DNA from: a virus
Lineage: Duplodnaviria > Caudoviricetes
Strand: one strand, 5' to 3'
IMG/VR virus record: IMGVR_UViG_3300031949_000140
Span: 1-27,566 of that record
DNA length: 27,566 bases
The translations under genes were made by a program, and so were the position numbers. The notes under the pieces were generated by a model, which worked only from the letters and a program-made list of their open reading frames with translations, searched no databases and was not told where the DNA came from. Below are positions 7,864 through 15,277 of the stretch, piece by piece (positions within the stretch are counted from its first letter, which is position 1; each line of letters starts with the position of its first letter).

Positions 7864-8154
7864 ATGAAGAAAGTATTGGACAGCACGTTCGAGGGCAAGA
7901 ACTTCAACGTCAGCGCGCCCGACGTTGAAACGGCGCAGGAGATCATCAAGTTCGCCGCGGAACTCGGCGCGTCGGTTGTCGTGTATCGCGCCGAGTACAA
8001 GAAGGAAGACCAGGCACAGCGGCGTGTGGTGAGAGGCCTGCTCGAGCGCAGCACCATCGCTGCCTTGAAGGGTGACGACGCGAAAGCGGACGCGTTGAAG
8101 AACGAGGCGAAGGCGAAGGCGGAAGAGTACGGCATCAACCTCATCGGTCGGTAG
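7864..8154 (+). CDS. Early protein, VYR-family paralogue 2
   Basis: SD AAGGAG; similarity to 6514-6822 and 10254-10550. Confidence 0.85.
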   Translation: MKKVLDSTFEGKNFNVSAPDVETAQEIIKFAAELGASVVVYRAEYKKEDQAQRRVVRGLLERSTIAALKGDDAKADALKNEAKAKAEEYGINLIGR

Positions 8155-8223
8155 TGTCAGTCCTCCACCCGCCCACACAACGACCACCACGTGGTCCACA
8201 TACGCGAAACGGTGCTCACGCCG

Positions 8224-8296
8224 CGACACAAAGCGAAACGCAGCGCCGTAGCGAGGCAACGCAGCACGCGACCTTGCCTGACGATGCAAACGTGCG
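8224..8296 (+). ncRNA. Probable type II hammerhead ribozyme
   Basis: GAAA 8235-8238; stem III ACG/CGT; cleavage triplet GTA 8248-8250; stem I GCGAGG/CCTTGC; CTGACGA 8278-8284; short stem II GC/GC; pseudoknot GCACG(8264-8268)/CGTGC(8291-8295); intergenic. Confidence 0.7.
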
Positions 8297-8321
8297 ACAC
8301 ACAACACACAAGGAGACTACG

Positions 8322-8627
8322 ATGTCACAGTTCAAGCGCTCGCGCAAAGGTTGGTTGGTTATCGCTGCCGCTGCCTGTGCAATCGCGGGTTGCAGTGGTG
8401 GCGGCACGAAGACGGCGCAAGTCACGAGCGAACCCACCGTGCGTTACAGCACGCGCAAGGTGTACGCGGACGGCGCACCAGTGCCGTTGAACGATGTCGA
8501 TTGTCCCGAGGACTACACTCGGTCAGTGCTCGATGCGTGTGTGTCGCCTAGCGGCACGCCCGTGATGAGTGCTGCCGACGTGGCGTGGCGCGTGTCCGTT
8601 GGTCGCCTACAGTTCAAGGACAAGTAG
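8322..8627 (+). CDS. Lipoprotein
   Basis: SD AAGGAG; basic N-terminus, hydrophobic stretch and lipobox IAG-C (MSQFKRSRKGWLVIAAAACAIAGCSGGG). Confidence 0.75.
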   Translation: MSQFKRSRKGWLVIAAAACAIAGCSGGGTKTAQVTSEPTVRYSTRKVYADGAPVPLNDVDCPEDYTRSVLDACVSPSGTPVMSAADVAWRVSVGRLQFKDK

Positions 8628-8640
8628 TCGCTTCACACGC

Positions 8641-8799
8641 GAGCATGGGGCAGTGCGGTGTAGTGAGGGTTGCCGAGCGCGCCCACATCAATACCTGCCC
8701 CTGCTTCCTTCCCTGATGCCCGCACCGATATATTCTAGTAACCTAGGTAAGTGCAGAGCGAGTTCACGCCTCGCCGGTGCGGACATGAGGAAAGGAGGC
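8641..8799 (+). promoter_or_regulatory. Structured RNA leader that can sequester the SD of the 8808 gene
   Basis: Long imperfect stem 8703-8727/8775-8799 includes AGGAGG; upstream stem GGGGCAG/CTGCCCC. Confidence 0.5.
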
Positions 8800-8807
8800 A
8801 ATTGACA

Positions 8808-9149
8808 ATGGCGACGATAAGACGCAAACTGCGCTACCCACCCGACCACATCACCAATGAACACGTACCCGACACACTCGCAGACGCAATCATGCGTAAC
8901 GTACCCGACGAACCCAACACTGCGTCCGCGTGGCTGCTGCACGACGACGCGCCCGTGTCCTCATGTGTGGATGGGCACCGCAACTCGCCCAGCACACAAC
9001 CAGTCGAGGCGTTCTCGTCTGGGGTGGAAGCAGTTCCGCTGCGCGGGCGCCATCTGCCTGTGCAACCTGTGAACGTGAGTGGACTTGTCTTAGTGCACCA
9101 TGCACATACAGTGTGTGGTGTGGTTGAACAACCCAGGAGGTTACAGTGA
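8808..9149 (+). CDS. Hypothetical protein
   Basis: SD AAAGGAGG before ATG 8808; stop overlaps the next GTG start. Confidence 0.55.
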   Translation: MATIRRKLRYPPDHITNEHVPDTLADAIMRNVPDEPNTASAWLLHDDAPVSSCVDGHRNSPSTQPVEAFSSGVEAVPLRGRHLPVQPVNVSGLVLVHHAHTVCGVVEQPRRLQ

Positions 9150-9400
9150 GTTCATTTGGTGAAGATGTCAACGCTGCCCGCTACGAGGCAATCGAACTTG
9201 CCCACCAGTTGAGCAAGCAGTGCCCGCAGTGTGAGTCAACGGGCAAGTCGTTGGTTGAAGTCCGTTTGGCACTGCCTCTGCCCAACGTGAGCCGCGCACC
9301 GACTCCAGTCATCACGGTCATCTTTGACACCGAGACGGGCGTGGCACCAGATGATGCGTGGATGTACTGCCACGGATGCCGAACACTCTACAAGTTGTAA
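9146..9400 (+). CDS. Small Zn-ribbon protein
   Basis: SD AGGAGG; CPQC...CHGC. Confidence 0.7.
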   Translation: MSSFGEDVNAARYEAIELAHQLSKQCPQCESTGKSLVEVRLALPLPNVSRAPTPVITVIFDTETGVAPDDAWMYCHGCRTLYKL

Positions 9401-9409
9401 GGAGAAACC

Positions 9410-9625
9410 ATGAGAGCCGAATCACTCTACACGATCTACTACCACCACAAGAACGTCCGGAAGTTGTATCGGGCGTGTGTGGAAGGTATCGACCGTGGTC
9501 CCTTCCACCGGACCCGCGGCGATGCACTCGACTACCGACTCGCCTGGCTGCACAATCGCGACGTTGTACGTCGCCAGCGTGCAGCCGTTGCTGCAAAGGA
9601 GGCACAGCATGCCACAACAGTTTGA
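9410..9625 (+). CDS. Hypothetical protein
   Basis: SD AAGGAG, ATG 9410. Confidence 0.65.
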   Translation: MRAESLYTIYYHHKNVRKLYRACVEGIDRGPFHRTRGDALDYRLAWLHNRDVVRRQRAAVAAKEAQHATTV

Positions 9626-9809
9626 TCCGAGTGCAATGGATGCTGCTGGCGAGGCCGCCGAGCAGGAGTTCTTCGCTCACGAGGCGGCGGCCGAGGGTCA
9701 CAGCGCGGACCTTCTCTGGGTCTGCAAGTGGATGGAGCGCTGGTACTTAACCGCCGGGTACAAGAGACTCGGGCGGATTCTAGTCACTTACGCAAAGGAG
9801 GCAACATGA
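9609..9809 (+). CDS. Hypothetical phage protein (WY.TAGYKRLGR)
   Basis: SD AAGGAGG, ATG 9609, coupled to the next gene. Confidence 0.7.
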   Translation: MPQQFDPSAMDAAGEAAEQEFFAHEAAAEGHSADLLWVCKWMERWYLTAGYKRLGRILVTYAKEAT

Positions 9810-10111
9810 CACCCACGCAGAAGGCACAGCGATTGCTTCGTCTGTTGGAGGTCACGGACAAAGCAGCGAAGGCCATTGACAGTGGTGCGACCGTGAGCAT
9901 CTCTGTGTTTGGGTTGAACACACCCGATGGCAACCGCGAGTTGGCGCAAGCACTTCTCTTCACTGAAGGTGCTGCACAACACACCGGCGGCGGCACCTCA
10001 TGGGTCAACGCCCCGCTTGATGGGGTTGGTCCACACGTCACCGTGTTCTACGAGGACGCGGAGCCTGCTCCTGTTCCTGCTCCCGAGGAGGACGACGAGA
10101 TACCATTCTAA
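9806..10111 (+). CDS. Hypothetical protein with SSB-like acidic C-terminal tip (EEDDEIPF)
   Basis: SD AAGGAGG, ATG 9806; C-terminus PAPVPAPEEDDEIPF. Confidence 0.75.
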   Translation: MTPTQKAQRLLRLLEVTDKAAKAIDSGATVSISVFGLNTPDGNRELAQALLFTEGAAQHTGGGTSWVNAPLDGVGPHVTVFYEDAEPAPVPAPEEDDEIPF

Positions 10112-10125
10112 ACCCGTCAACGTCG

Positions 10126-10186
10126 AGATGCGATCTTTGAATCGTTGAGATCGCATCTTGCCATCGTTGCACGCTTGTTGTATGAT
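10126..10186 (+). promoter_or_regulatory. Sigma70-type promoter with abutting inverted repeat
   Basis: IR AGATGCGATCT-N11-AGATCGCATCT (10126-10158); TTGCCA 10158-10163, 17 bp spacer, TATGAT 10181-10186. Confidence 0.7.
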
Positions 10187-10253
10187 AAACGTGCACGAAT
10201 CAACCCGCCGTTGCGCGTATCGCGCACGAGCACCACACAAGGAGAGTGAAACC

Positions 10254-10550
10254 ATGGCAGGCAGTAGCGTAATCAAGATCACGAGCGTTGATCAGGTTGG
10301 CGACGTGACTCGCATCGCAGTGAAGTTCCCCGACGAGGCCTCCGTCCGCAAGGCCCTCGTCCAGTCCCTCCTGGACAACGGCTGCGAGTTGACGGTCTAC
10401 CGCGGTGCGTCCTCGTACAACCCCGAGAAGGCAGCGGCCGCGCGTGCCACTCAGAAGGCACTGGTCGAGGCAGCGTTGCAGTCGATGAAGACCGGCCGCC
10501 CGGCCACCGACTTCCTTTCACCTGAACTGGCGGCGAAGATCAGCGGCTGA
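10254..10550 (+). CDS. VYR-family paralogue 3
   Basis: SD AAGGAG; LLDNGCELTVYRGASSYNPEKA resembles LHTNDVETFVYRAQYDAERA of 6514-6822. Confidence 0.8.
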   Translation: MAGSSVIKITSVDQVGDVTRIAVKFPDEASVRKALVQSLLDNGCELTVYRGASSYNPEKAAAARATQKALVEAALQSMKTGRPATDFLSPELAAKISG

Positions 10551-10562
10551 TCGCAGGCGCAC

Positions 10563-10596
10563 GAAGCCAGCGTTGTTAGGGACCAGCGCTGGCTTC
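10563..10596 (+). terminator. Hairpin after 10254-10550 (possible terminator or processing site)
   Basis: GAAGCCAGCG / CGCTGGCTTC perfect 10-bp stem; weak U-tract. Confidence 0.5.
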
Positions 10597-10632
10597 AACT
10601 TGCTCTCATCCATAACAATTCTGGAGGAAACC

Positions 10633-11055
10633 ATGGAAGACTTGACACCCAACGATGATGGCCTCCCCAACGAGGTCAACTATTTCGAGGCAGCGTTGTA
10701 CCTGGGTCACTCCGGTACGACGCGCGTGCAACACCTCTTGCGTGTGGGCATTCTTGCGCGTGGCACCACATCCAAGACCATCACCCGCGAGTCTCTGCTC
10801 ATCTACGCTGTGGGTCGCCGCCAGCCCAACACAGACGCCTTGTGGTATAAGGTGCAGTTGACGCAGGAGCAGTCGGCGGTGTTGAATAACCCGCTCGATT
10901 ACGCTACGTCCCAAGTGATGGAGGCGTTGGAGGGGCTCGCCTTCGAGCGCTTGCACAAGTACGACGACGCTGCAAAGGAGCGCCGCCGGCGCCGTGAGTT
11001 CAAGGATGCAGGCGTGCTGCAAGGGCGCTTGCCGGAGGGGTTCAAACATGACTGA
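10633..11055 (+). CDS. Excisionase/MerR-like HTH DNA-binding protein
   Basis: SD GGAGGA; NYFEAALYLGHSGTTRVQHLLRVGIL...ITRESL pattern. Confidence 0.6.
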   Translation: MEDLTPNDDGLPNEVNYFEAALYLGHSGTTRVQHLLRVGILARGTTSKTITRESLLIYAVGRRQPNTDALWYKVQLTQEQSAVLNNPLDYATSQVMEALEGLAFERLHKYDDAAKERRRRREFKDAGVLQGRLPEGFKHD

Positions 11056-11377
11056 GATCGTTGTCAAGCACAGAGCACCGGCCCTGCATTACTGGGCTGA
11101 TGCACCCGTGCACCGTGACTACCTACGTGTGCCACACCGCCACCTCTTCACTTACGTTGTGCGTCTCGAAGTGCACCACGGTGACCGAGAAGTTGAGTTC
11201 CATGACGTGCTGCAGTGGTTGGCTGCGCGCGTGTGCGTTGATTGGGGCGGGCGGTCGTGCGAGAACATCGCGGCTGACCTTCGCATGGCGATGCTGAGCC
11301 GCCAGCCCAACCACGTAAGGTGTACCGTCGAGGTGTGGGAGGACGACGAGTGTGGCGCTGTGGTGAGCGGTGACTAA
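11048..11377 (+). CDS. dpdL: QueD-paralogous T-fold protein, DpdL-like (predicted 7-carboxy-7-deazaguanine decarboxylase)
   Basis: HYWADAP...YLRVPHRHLF...HGDREVEF...SCENIA...VWEDDECGA; the LxxxHRHxF motif is recalled as the DpdL signature (needs an HMM check); queD/queE/folE/dpdA present and no queC. Confidence 0.6.
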   Translation: MTEIVVKHRAPALHYWADAPVHRDYLRVPHRHLFTYVVRLEVHHGDREVEFHDVLQWLAARVCVDWGGRSCENIAADLRMAMLSRQPNHVRCTVEVWEDDECGAVVSGD

Positions 11378-11909
11378 CATCATCTCCATCGATCCAGGTG
11401 GTGCGCATATCGGTGTGGTCTGGTATGAGTCCCACCCGCAGTCTCCGTCATTCCTTGTGTGCAACGAGTGGTCCTTCGATGACTTCGTTGCGTTGATGCA
11501 CCGCGATGGGTTCCACTCGACCTACTTTGACACCATCATCTACGAGGGCTTCCGCATCCGGGACTTGGAGGCCCTCAAAGGTGAACGTCCACTGGTGGTG
11601 GAGTTGATTGGTGCTATCCGCTTGGCGTGGGCGTTTGACCATCCACACTTGGTTGAGCAGTTGCCACCCTGCAAACAGGGTTGGCCTGACGACGAGATCA
11701 TTCGTGTGGTTGGTTGGATGCCCACGTCCTCTCACTCGCGTGATGCTTTCCGTCACCTCTTGCACTACTACGCCAGCAATGACGACCACAAATCCATCGA
11801 GGAGTTGCGCAATGTCAAAGTCTTCGGACCGGTCAGACGAGCAGCAAGCCTACGAGGAACTACAACGTCTCCTTCTCACCCCAATCACAGCACCGATAAC
11901 AGTCGCTAG
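11370..11909 (+). CDS. RuvC-like Holliday junction resolvase
   Basis: IISIDPGGAHIGVV, IIYEGF, HSRDAFRH catalytic pattern. Confidence 0.75.
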   Translation: MTNIISIDPGGAHIGVVWYESHPQSPSFLVCNEWSFDDFVALMHRDGFHSTYFDTIIYEGFRIRDLEALKGERPLVVELIGAIRLAWAFDHPHLVEQLPPCKQGWPDDEIIRVVGWMPTSSHSRDAFRHLLHYYASNDDHKSIEELRNVKVFGPVRRAASLRGTTTSPSHPNHSTDNSR

Positions 11910-12012
11910 GTGGCTGGCAACGTGGACAGTACGCCTGGGCGTCAGCGTAGCGTTCACCATTCTTCACAACCTCGCGCCCAACCTGTTTGGCGGCAAAGAC
12001 CGTGACAATTGA
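11812..12012 (+). CDS. Hypothetical protein
   Basis: SD GAGGAG, ATG 11812; overlaps the low-information tail of the RuvC ORF and the helicase start. Confidence 0.5.
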   Translation: MSKSSDRSDEQQAYEELQRLLLTPITAPITVARWLATWTVRLGVSVAFTILHNLAPNLFGGKDRDN

Positions 12013-13393
12013 ACTCTACCCCTACCAACTTGCGGGCGTCAAGCACCTAGAAGGACGCAGCGCCTGCTTGTTCGACGAGCCGGGCCTTGGCAAGACTGCA
12101 CAGGCTGTGGTTGCCAATGCCGATGCGGTCGCCAACGGGCCCATTCTCGTCATCACGCCTCTTCGTAACAAGATCTTCTTTGCTGCTTCCATCCTGCACT
12201 GGGCACCACACGATGACAACGAAGTCATCATTGCTGAAACTGCTGGGCGGTTTGACCTTGACTGCTTCCGTCAAGCCATCAAGGAGCGCAAGCGGGTGTG
12301 GTTGATCACGCACTGGGCGGCGTTGTCACAACCAACCAACGCAGACCTTGCCGCTGTGCAGTGGGCGGGAGTGATAGTCGACGAGGCACACAGGATGCGT
12401 GATCGTGAAGCGTTGCAGTCACAGTTCGTTACACACACGCTTCATGCGAACCACTTTCACTTCCTCACTGCCACACCCAAGGACAAGCATCCAGGTGAAC
12501 TCTGGCCCATGTTGCACTGCTGTGACCGTGCAAAGTTCAGGTCGTACTGGGCGTTTCACAACGAGTGGGTTGCGACCACGCCGCAGCGTGTGCATGGTGG
12601 CAAGATTATCCAGGTCCCATCGGGCACGAAGAACCCAAGCGGGTTTGCCAAGTTGCTCAGCAAGTACACACTTGCACGTCGCAAGGTGGATGTGTGCAGC
12701 GAGGTGCCACCCATCACCACGTGCACGGTCGACATTGACCTCAATGGGCTAACCGCTTCGTACCACCAACTGGAGAAGCAAACATATATCGACTCCCTTG
12801 CTGAGCAGCGCTTACCCACGCCGCTCTACGTGCCCAACCAACTTGCACGCATCATACGCTTGCAGCAACTCACATCTCACCCTGCAATCATCGGTGTTAG
12901 CACCTACTCGCCCAAGTTCGAGTGGTTACATGACTTCCTAGAAGGCATGCCGGGGACCGCGCCCGTCCTTGTGTTCGTGAAGTACCGCGAGACTGCGCTC
13001 TTCATTGCTGCTTCGTTGCCGCGTGCGCGTGCTGTGCTGGGTGGTGGACCCGCATTCTACGGCTGGCCTAAAGGCATCGACACACTGGTCGTTACCTATG
13101 GTACACTTAGCGAAGGCGTGAACCTCGACACCACGCTGGATGGGCGCACGTGCTCACATGTGGTGTTCTATGATGCACAGTGGTCCTCCATCGTGCAGGA
13201 GCAGAGCATCAACCGCGTCCATCGTATGACCACGCGCCTGCCTGTCACGCTTTATCAACTGCGCGCTGTGCTACGTGACGGAGGCGATGCTGCCACAGTA
13301 GACGATGACATACTCAAGACGCTTGACTCCAAAGCGGGTGACACAGGACTAATCAACCTTTTCCTTAGGAGGCTACAAAATGCCACGACGTGA
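12002..13393 (+). CDS. SNF2-family (SF2) helicase
   Basis: LYPYQ, DEPGLGKT, IVDEAH, LTATP, SEGVNL, QSINRVHR motifs. Confidence 0.92.
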   Translation: MTIELYPYQLAGVKHLEGRSACLFDEPGLGKTAQAVVANADAVANGPILVITPLRNKIFFAASILHWAPHDDNEVIIAETAGRFDLDCFRQAIKERKRVWLITHWAALSQPTNADLAAVQWAGVIVDEAHRMRDREALQSQFVTHTLHANHFHFLTATPKDKHPGELWPMLHCCDRAKFRSYWAFHNEWVATTPQRVHGGKIIQVPSGTKNPSGFAKLLSKYTLARRKVDVCSEVPPITTCTVDIDLNGLTASYHQLEKQTYIDSLAEQRLPTPLYVPNQLARIIRLQQLTSHPAIIGVSTYSPKFEWLHDFLEGMPGTAPVLVFVKYRETALFIAASLPRARAVLGGGPAFYGWPKGIDTLVVTYGTLSEGVNLDTTLDGRTCSHVVFYDAQWSSIVQEQSINRVHRMTTRLPVTLYQLRAVLRDGGDAATVDDDILKTLDSKAGDTGLINLFLRRLQNATT

Positions 13394-13646
13394 TCCGCGA
13401 AAAGACCCTGGACCCGGAACGTACAAAGCAGAAGGCACTGCACGCAAGCCAAGCGGTGACTACGTTGACATGCACACCATGCCATACGAGGCAGACAACC
13501 TGCAAGATGCTTACCACAAAGGTGGCAAGCGGGTCATGGAACTTGCGCCACAAGGCTCCACGCTTGTGAGGCTAGCAGTGTACCTCATCAGTGCTGCTGT
13601 GTTTGTGATGGCGCTGGCTGCTGTTCTTCTGGAGGGACTCAAATGA
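13380..13646 (+). CDS. Small membrane protein
   Basis: SD AGGAGG; C-terminal TM helix; ATGA coupling. Confidence 0.65.
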   Translation: MPRRDPRKDPGPGTYKAEGTARKPSGDYVDMHTMPYEADNLQDAYHKGGKRVMELAPQGSTLVRLAVYLISAAVFVMALAAVLLEGLK

Positions 13647-14770
13647 TCCTCCCGCCGCCCGAGATTCACGTAACCGATGTTCTTGCGTACTTCAACTGCC
13701 GCCGTGCATGGGCATGGCAGTCGCGCCTCCGGGCCGGACTCGAGCCGATGAAGCCACACCGCCCCTTCGTCATGGGCACAGCATACCACCATGCAATGGA
13801 GCAACTCTACCAACCCAACGGGGACGCTGCCGGTCGCGCGCTCGGTGCCATTGCACCAGTGTTCGAGAAGGCGTTGAGAGAGTACTCCGCCACTGACGGC
13901 ATCGTGGATGATAGCACGCTCGAAGGCCTCAAAGCAGACCAAGAACTCTGCGAGCAGATGGTGCTCAACTACGCTGCATGGGCGCGCACGGTGGACGACG
14001 ACTGGGAAGTGATTGACACCGAGCGTGAGTTGAGGTTCCCCATTGCAACATCCGAGGGAGGCAGCAGGTGGTGGGTCTGTTCGGAGAACGAGGATGCGGT
14101 AGACTTCGTCCTGTCGATGCGGATCGATGGTGTGACTATCCACAAACCGACCAGCACGTTGTGGTTGCGCGAGTACAAAACGGCGCGCAGCATTCCCGAG
14201 GAAGAGACCAAGATCACCAAGTCACTCCAGCACAGAGTGTATGCGTGGGGCGCAGAACAGACTGTGCACAGGCCCATTGCTGGGGTTGAGTATCGCTTCG
14301 CCCGCAAGGCTGCACCACAGTTCCCTCGCAAGTTGAACAGTGGCAAGGTCAGTGTAGCATTGACTGGCGAAGGCGAATACACCACGCCCATGACATTCCG
14401 TGTTGCTTACGAGATGTATGCGGGCAGGAAGTGGCCCGATGATGGGCAACCGCCCGCTGAGTACGTTGGCCACTATGCGGCGCTTGTTCAACGCGAGAAG
14501 GAGGGGCAATTCTTCAAGGTGCTGCCTGTGCAGAAGACGTCCGTTGAACTCACCACCGCCATCGACACAGTGGTTGCGGCTGCCATGGAGATGCTGGATG
14601 AACACACATCCATCTACCCCATGCCTCACCCGTTGGGTTTCAACTGCAACAGTTGTCTATTCCGTGCGCCATGTGACCGTTTGGATGCTGGACTCGATGC
14701 AGACTTCCTACTTCGCAACGAGTACCGTCCGCGCAGACCTAGCGTGAGGAGAGAGACCAACGAACAATGA
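13643..14770 (+). CDS. PD-(D/E)XK exonuclease (RecB/Cas4-like phage family)
   Basis: CRRAW, GTAYHHAME, RIDGV, REYKT, Q..VY, C-terminal CNSCLFRAPC. Confidence 0.85.
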   Translation: MILPPPEIHVTDVLAYFNCRRAWAWQSRLRAGLEPMKPHRPFVMGTAYHHAMEQLYQPNGDAAGRALGAIAPVFEKALREYSATDGIVDDSTLEGLKADQELCEQMVLNYAAWARTVDDDWEVIDTERELRFPIATSEGGSRWWVCSENEDAVDFVLSMRIDGVTIHKPTSTLWLREYKTARSIPEEETKITKSLQHRVYAWGAEQTVHRPIAGVEYRFARKAAPQFPRKLNSGKVSVALTGEGEYTTPMTFRVAYEMYAGRKWPDDGQPPAEYVGHYAALVQREKEGQFFKVLPVQKTSVELTTAIDTVVAAAMEMLDEHTSIYPMPHPLGFNCNSCLFRAPCDRLDAGLDADFLLRNEYRPRRPSVRRETNEQ

Positions 14771-15027
14771 AGTATCCTAGCGACCGCGACGCGGATGCAC
14801 CTGTGCAGCACCCGGACACGCCAGATGCGCCTCCGCTTGTTCTCTTTTCAAAAGAACAACTGCCCGCAGGTGTACTTTTCCTTGAGGACAACCAGGCAGC
14901 CGGGCTACTGAAGTTTCGGTGGCGCGGCTACAACTATGTCTACGTGCGGGTTTCCGCACAGCGCCATGGTATGCGTATCACCGCGTACCGCCTACTCAAC
15001 CCACGAGAAAGAGAGGAACCGACATGA
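14767..15027 (+). CDS. Hypothetical protein
   Basis: ATGA-coupled on both sides. Confidence 0.6.
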   Translation: MKYPSDRDADAPVQHPDTPDAPPLVLFSKEQLPAGVLFLEDNQAAGLLKFRWRGYNYVYVRVSAQRHGMRITAYRLLNPREREEPT

Positions 15028-15125
15028 AGGACAATTCTTGGTATCTCCCGTTGGCGGCAGCACTAGTGATAGCGTTGTGGCTCGCGCTAGCGTGTGCCTT
15101 CACATTGATTACTGGAGAAGGATAA
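15024..15125 (+). CDS. Very small membrane protein (33 aa)
   Basis: SD GAGGA, ATG 15024, single TM helix. Confidence 0.5.
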   Translation: MKDNSWYLPLAAALVIALWLALACAFTLITGEG

Positions 15126-15126
15126 C

Positions 15127-15276
15127 ATGAGCAAGTACTCAGTGGATGAAGTGAACCAGTTGATGAAGGAGAGTGAGACCAAGGGGTGGGTGAAAGGCTT
15201 CCTCATCGCCCTTCTTTGGGTGCTGTTCATCTTCATCATCCTTGCTGCAAACGTCGTAACCATTCCGGGAGGGTAA
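15127..15276 (+). CDS. Small membrane protein (49 aa)
   Basis: Manual translation MSKYSVDEVNQLMKESETKGWVKGFLIALLWVLFIFIILAANVVTIPGG; fills the gap exactly. Confidence 0.55.
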   Translation: MSKYSVDEVNQLMKESETKGWVKGFLIALLWVLFIFIILAANVVTIPGG

Positions 15277-15277
15277 C

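Noticed and set aside
8204-8226. Second CGAAAC hairpin as another hammerhead
   Set aside because: Lacks the UH cleavage site and a matching CUGANGA
8154-8321. Extended N-terminus of the lipoprotein ORF (start 8154)
   Set aside because: The SD and signal peptide place the start at 8322; the interval holds the hammerhead-like RNA
8720-8782. Twister or other known ribozyme class
   Set aside because: Contains GCAGAG, but I could not place the other conserved twister elements; kept only as a generic structured RNA
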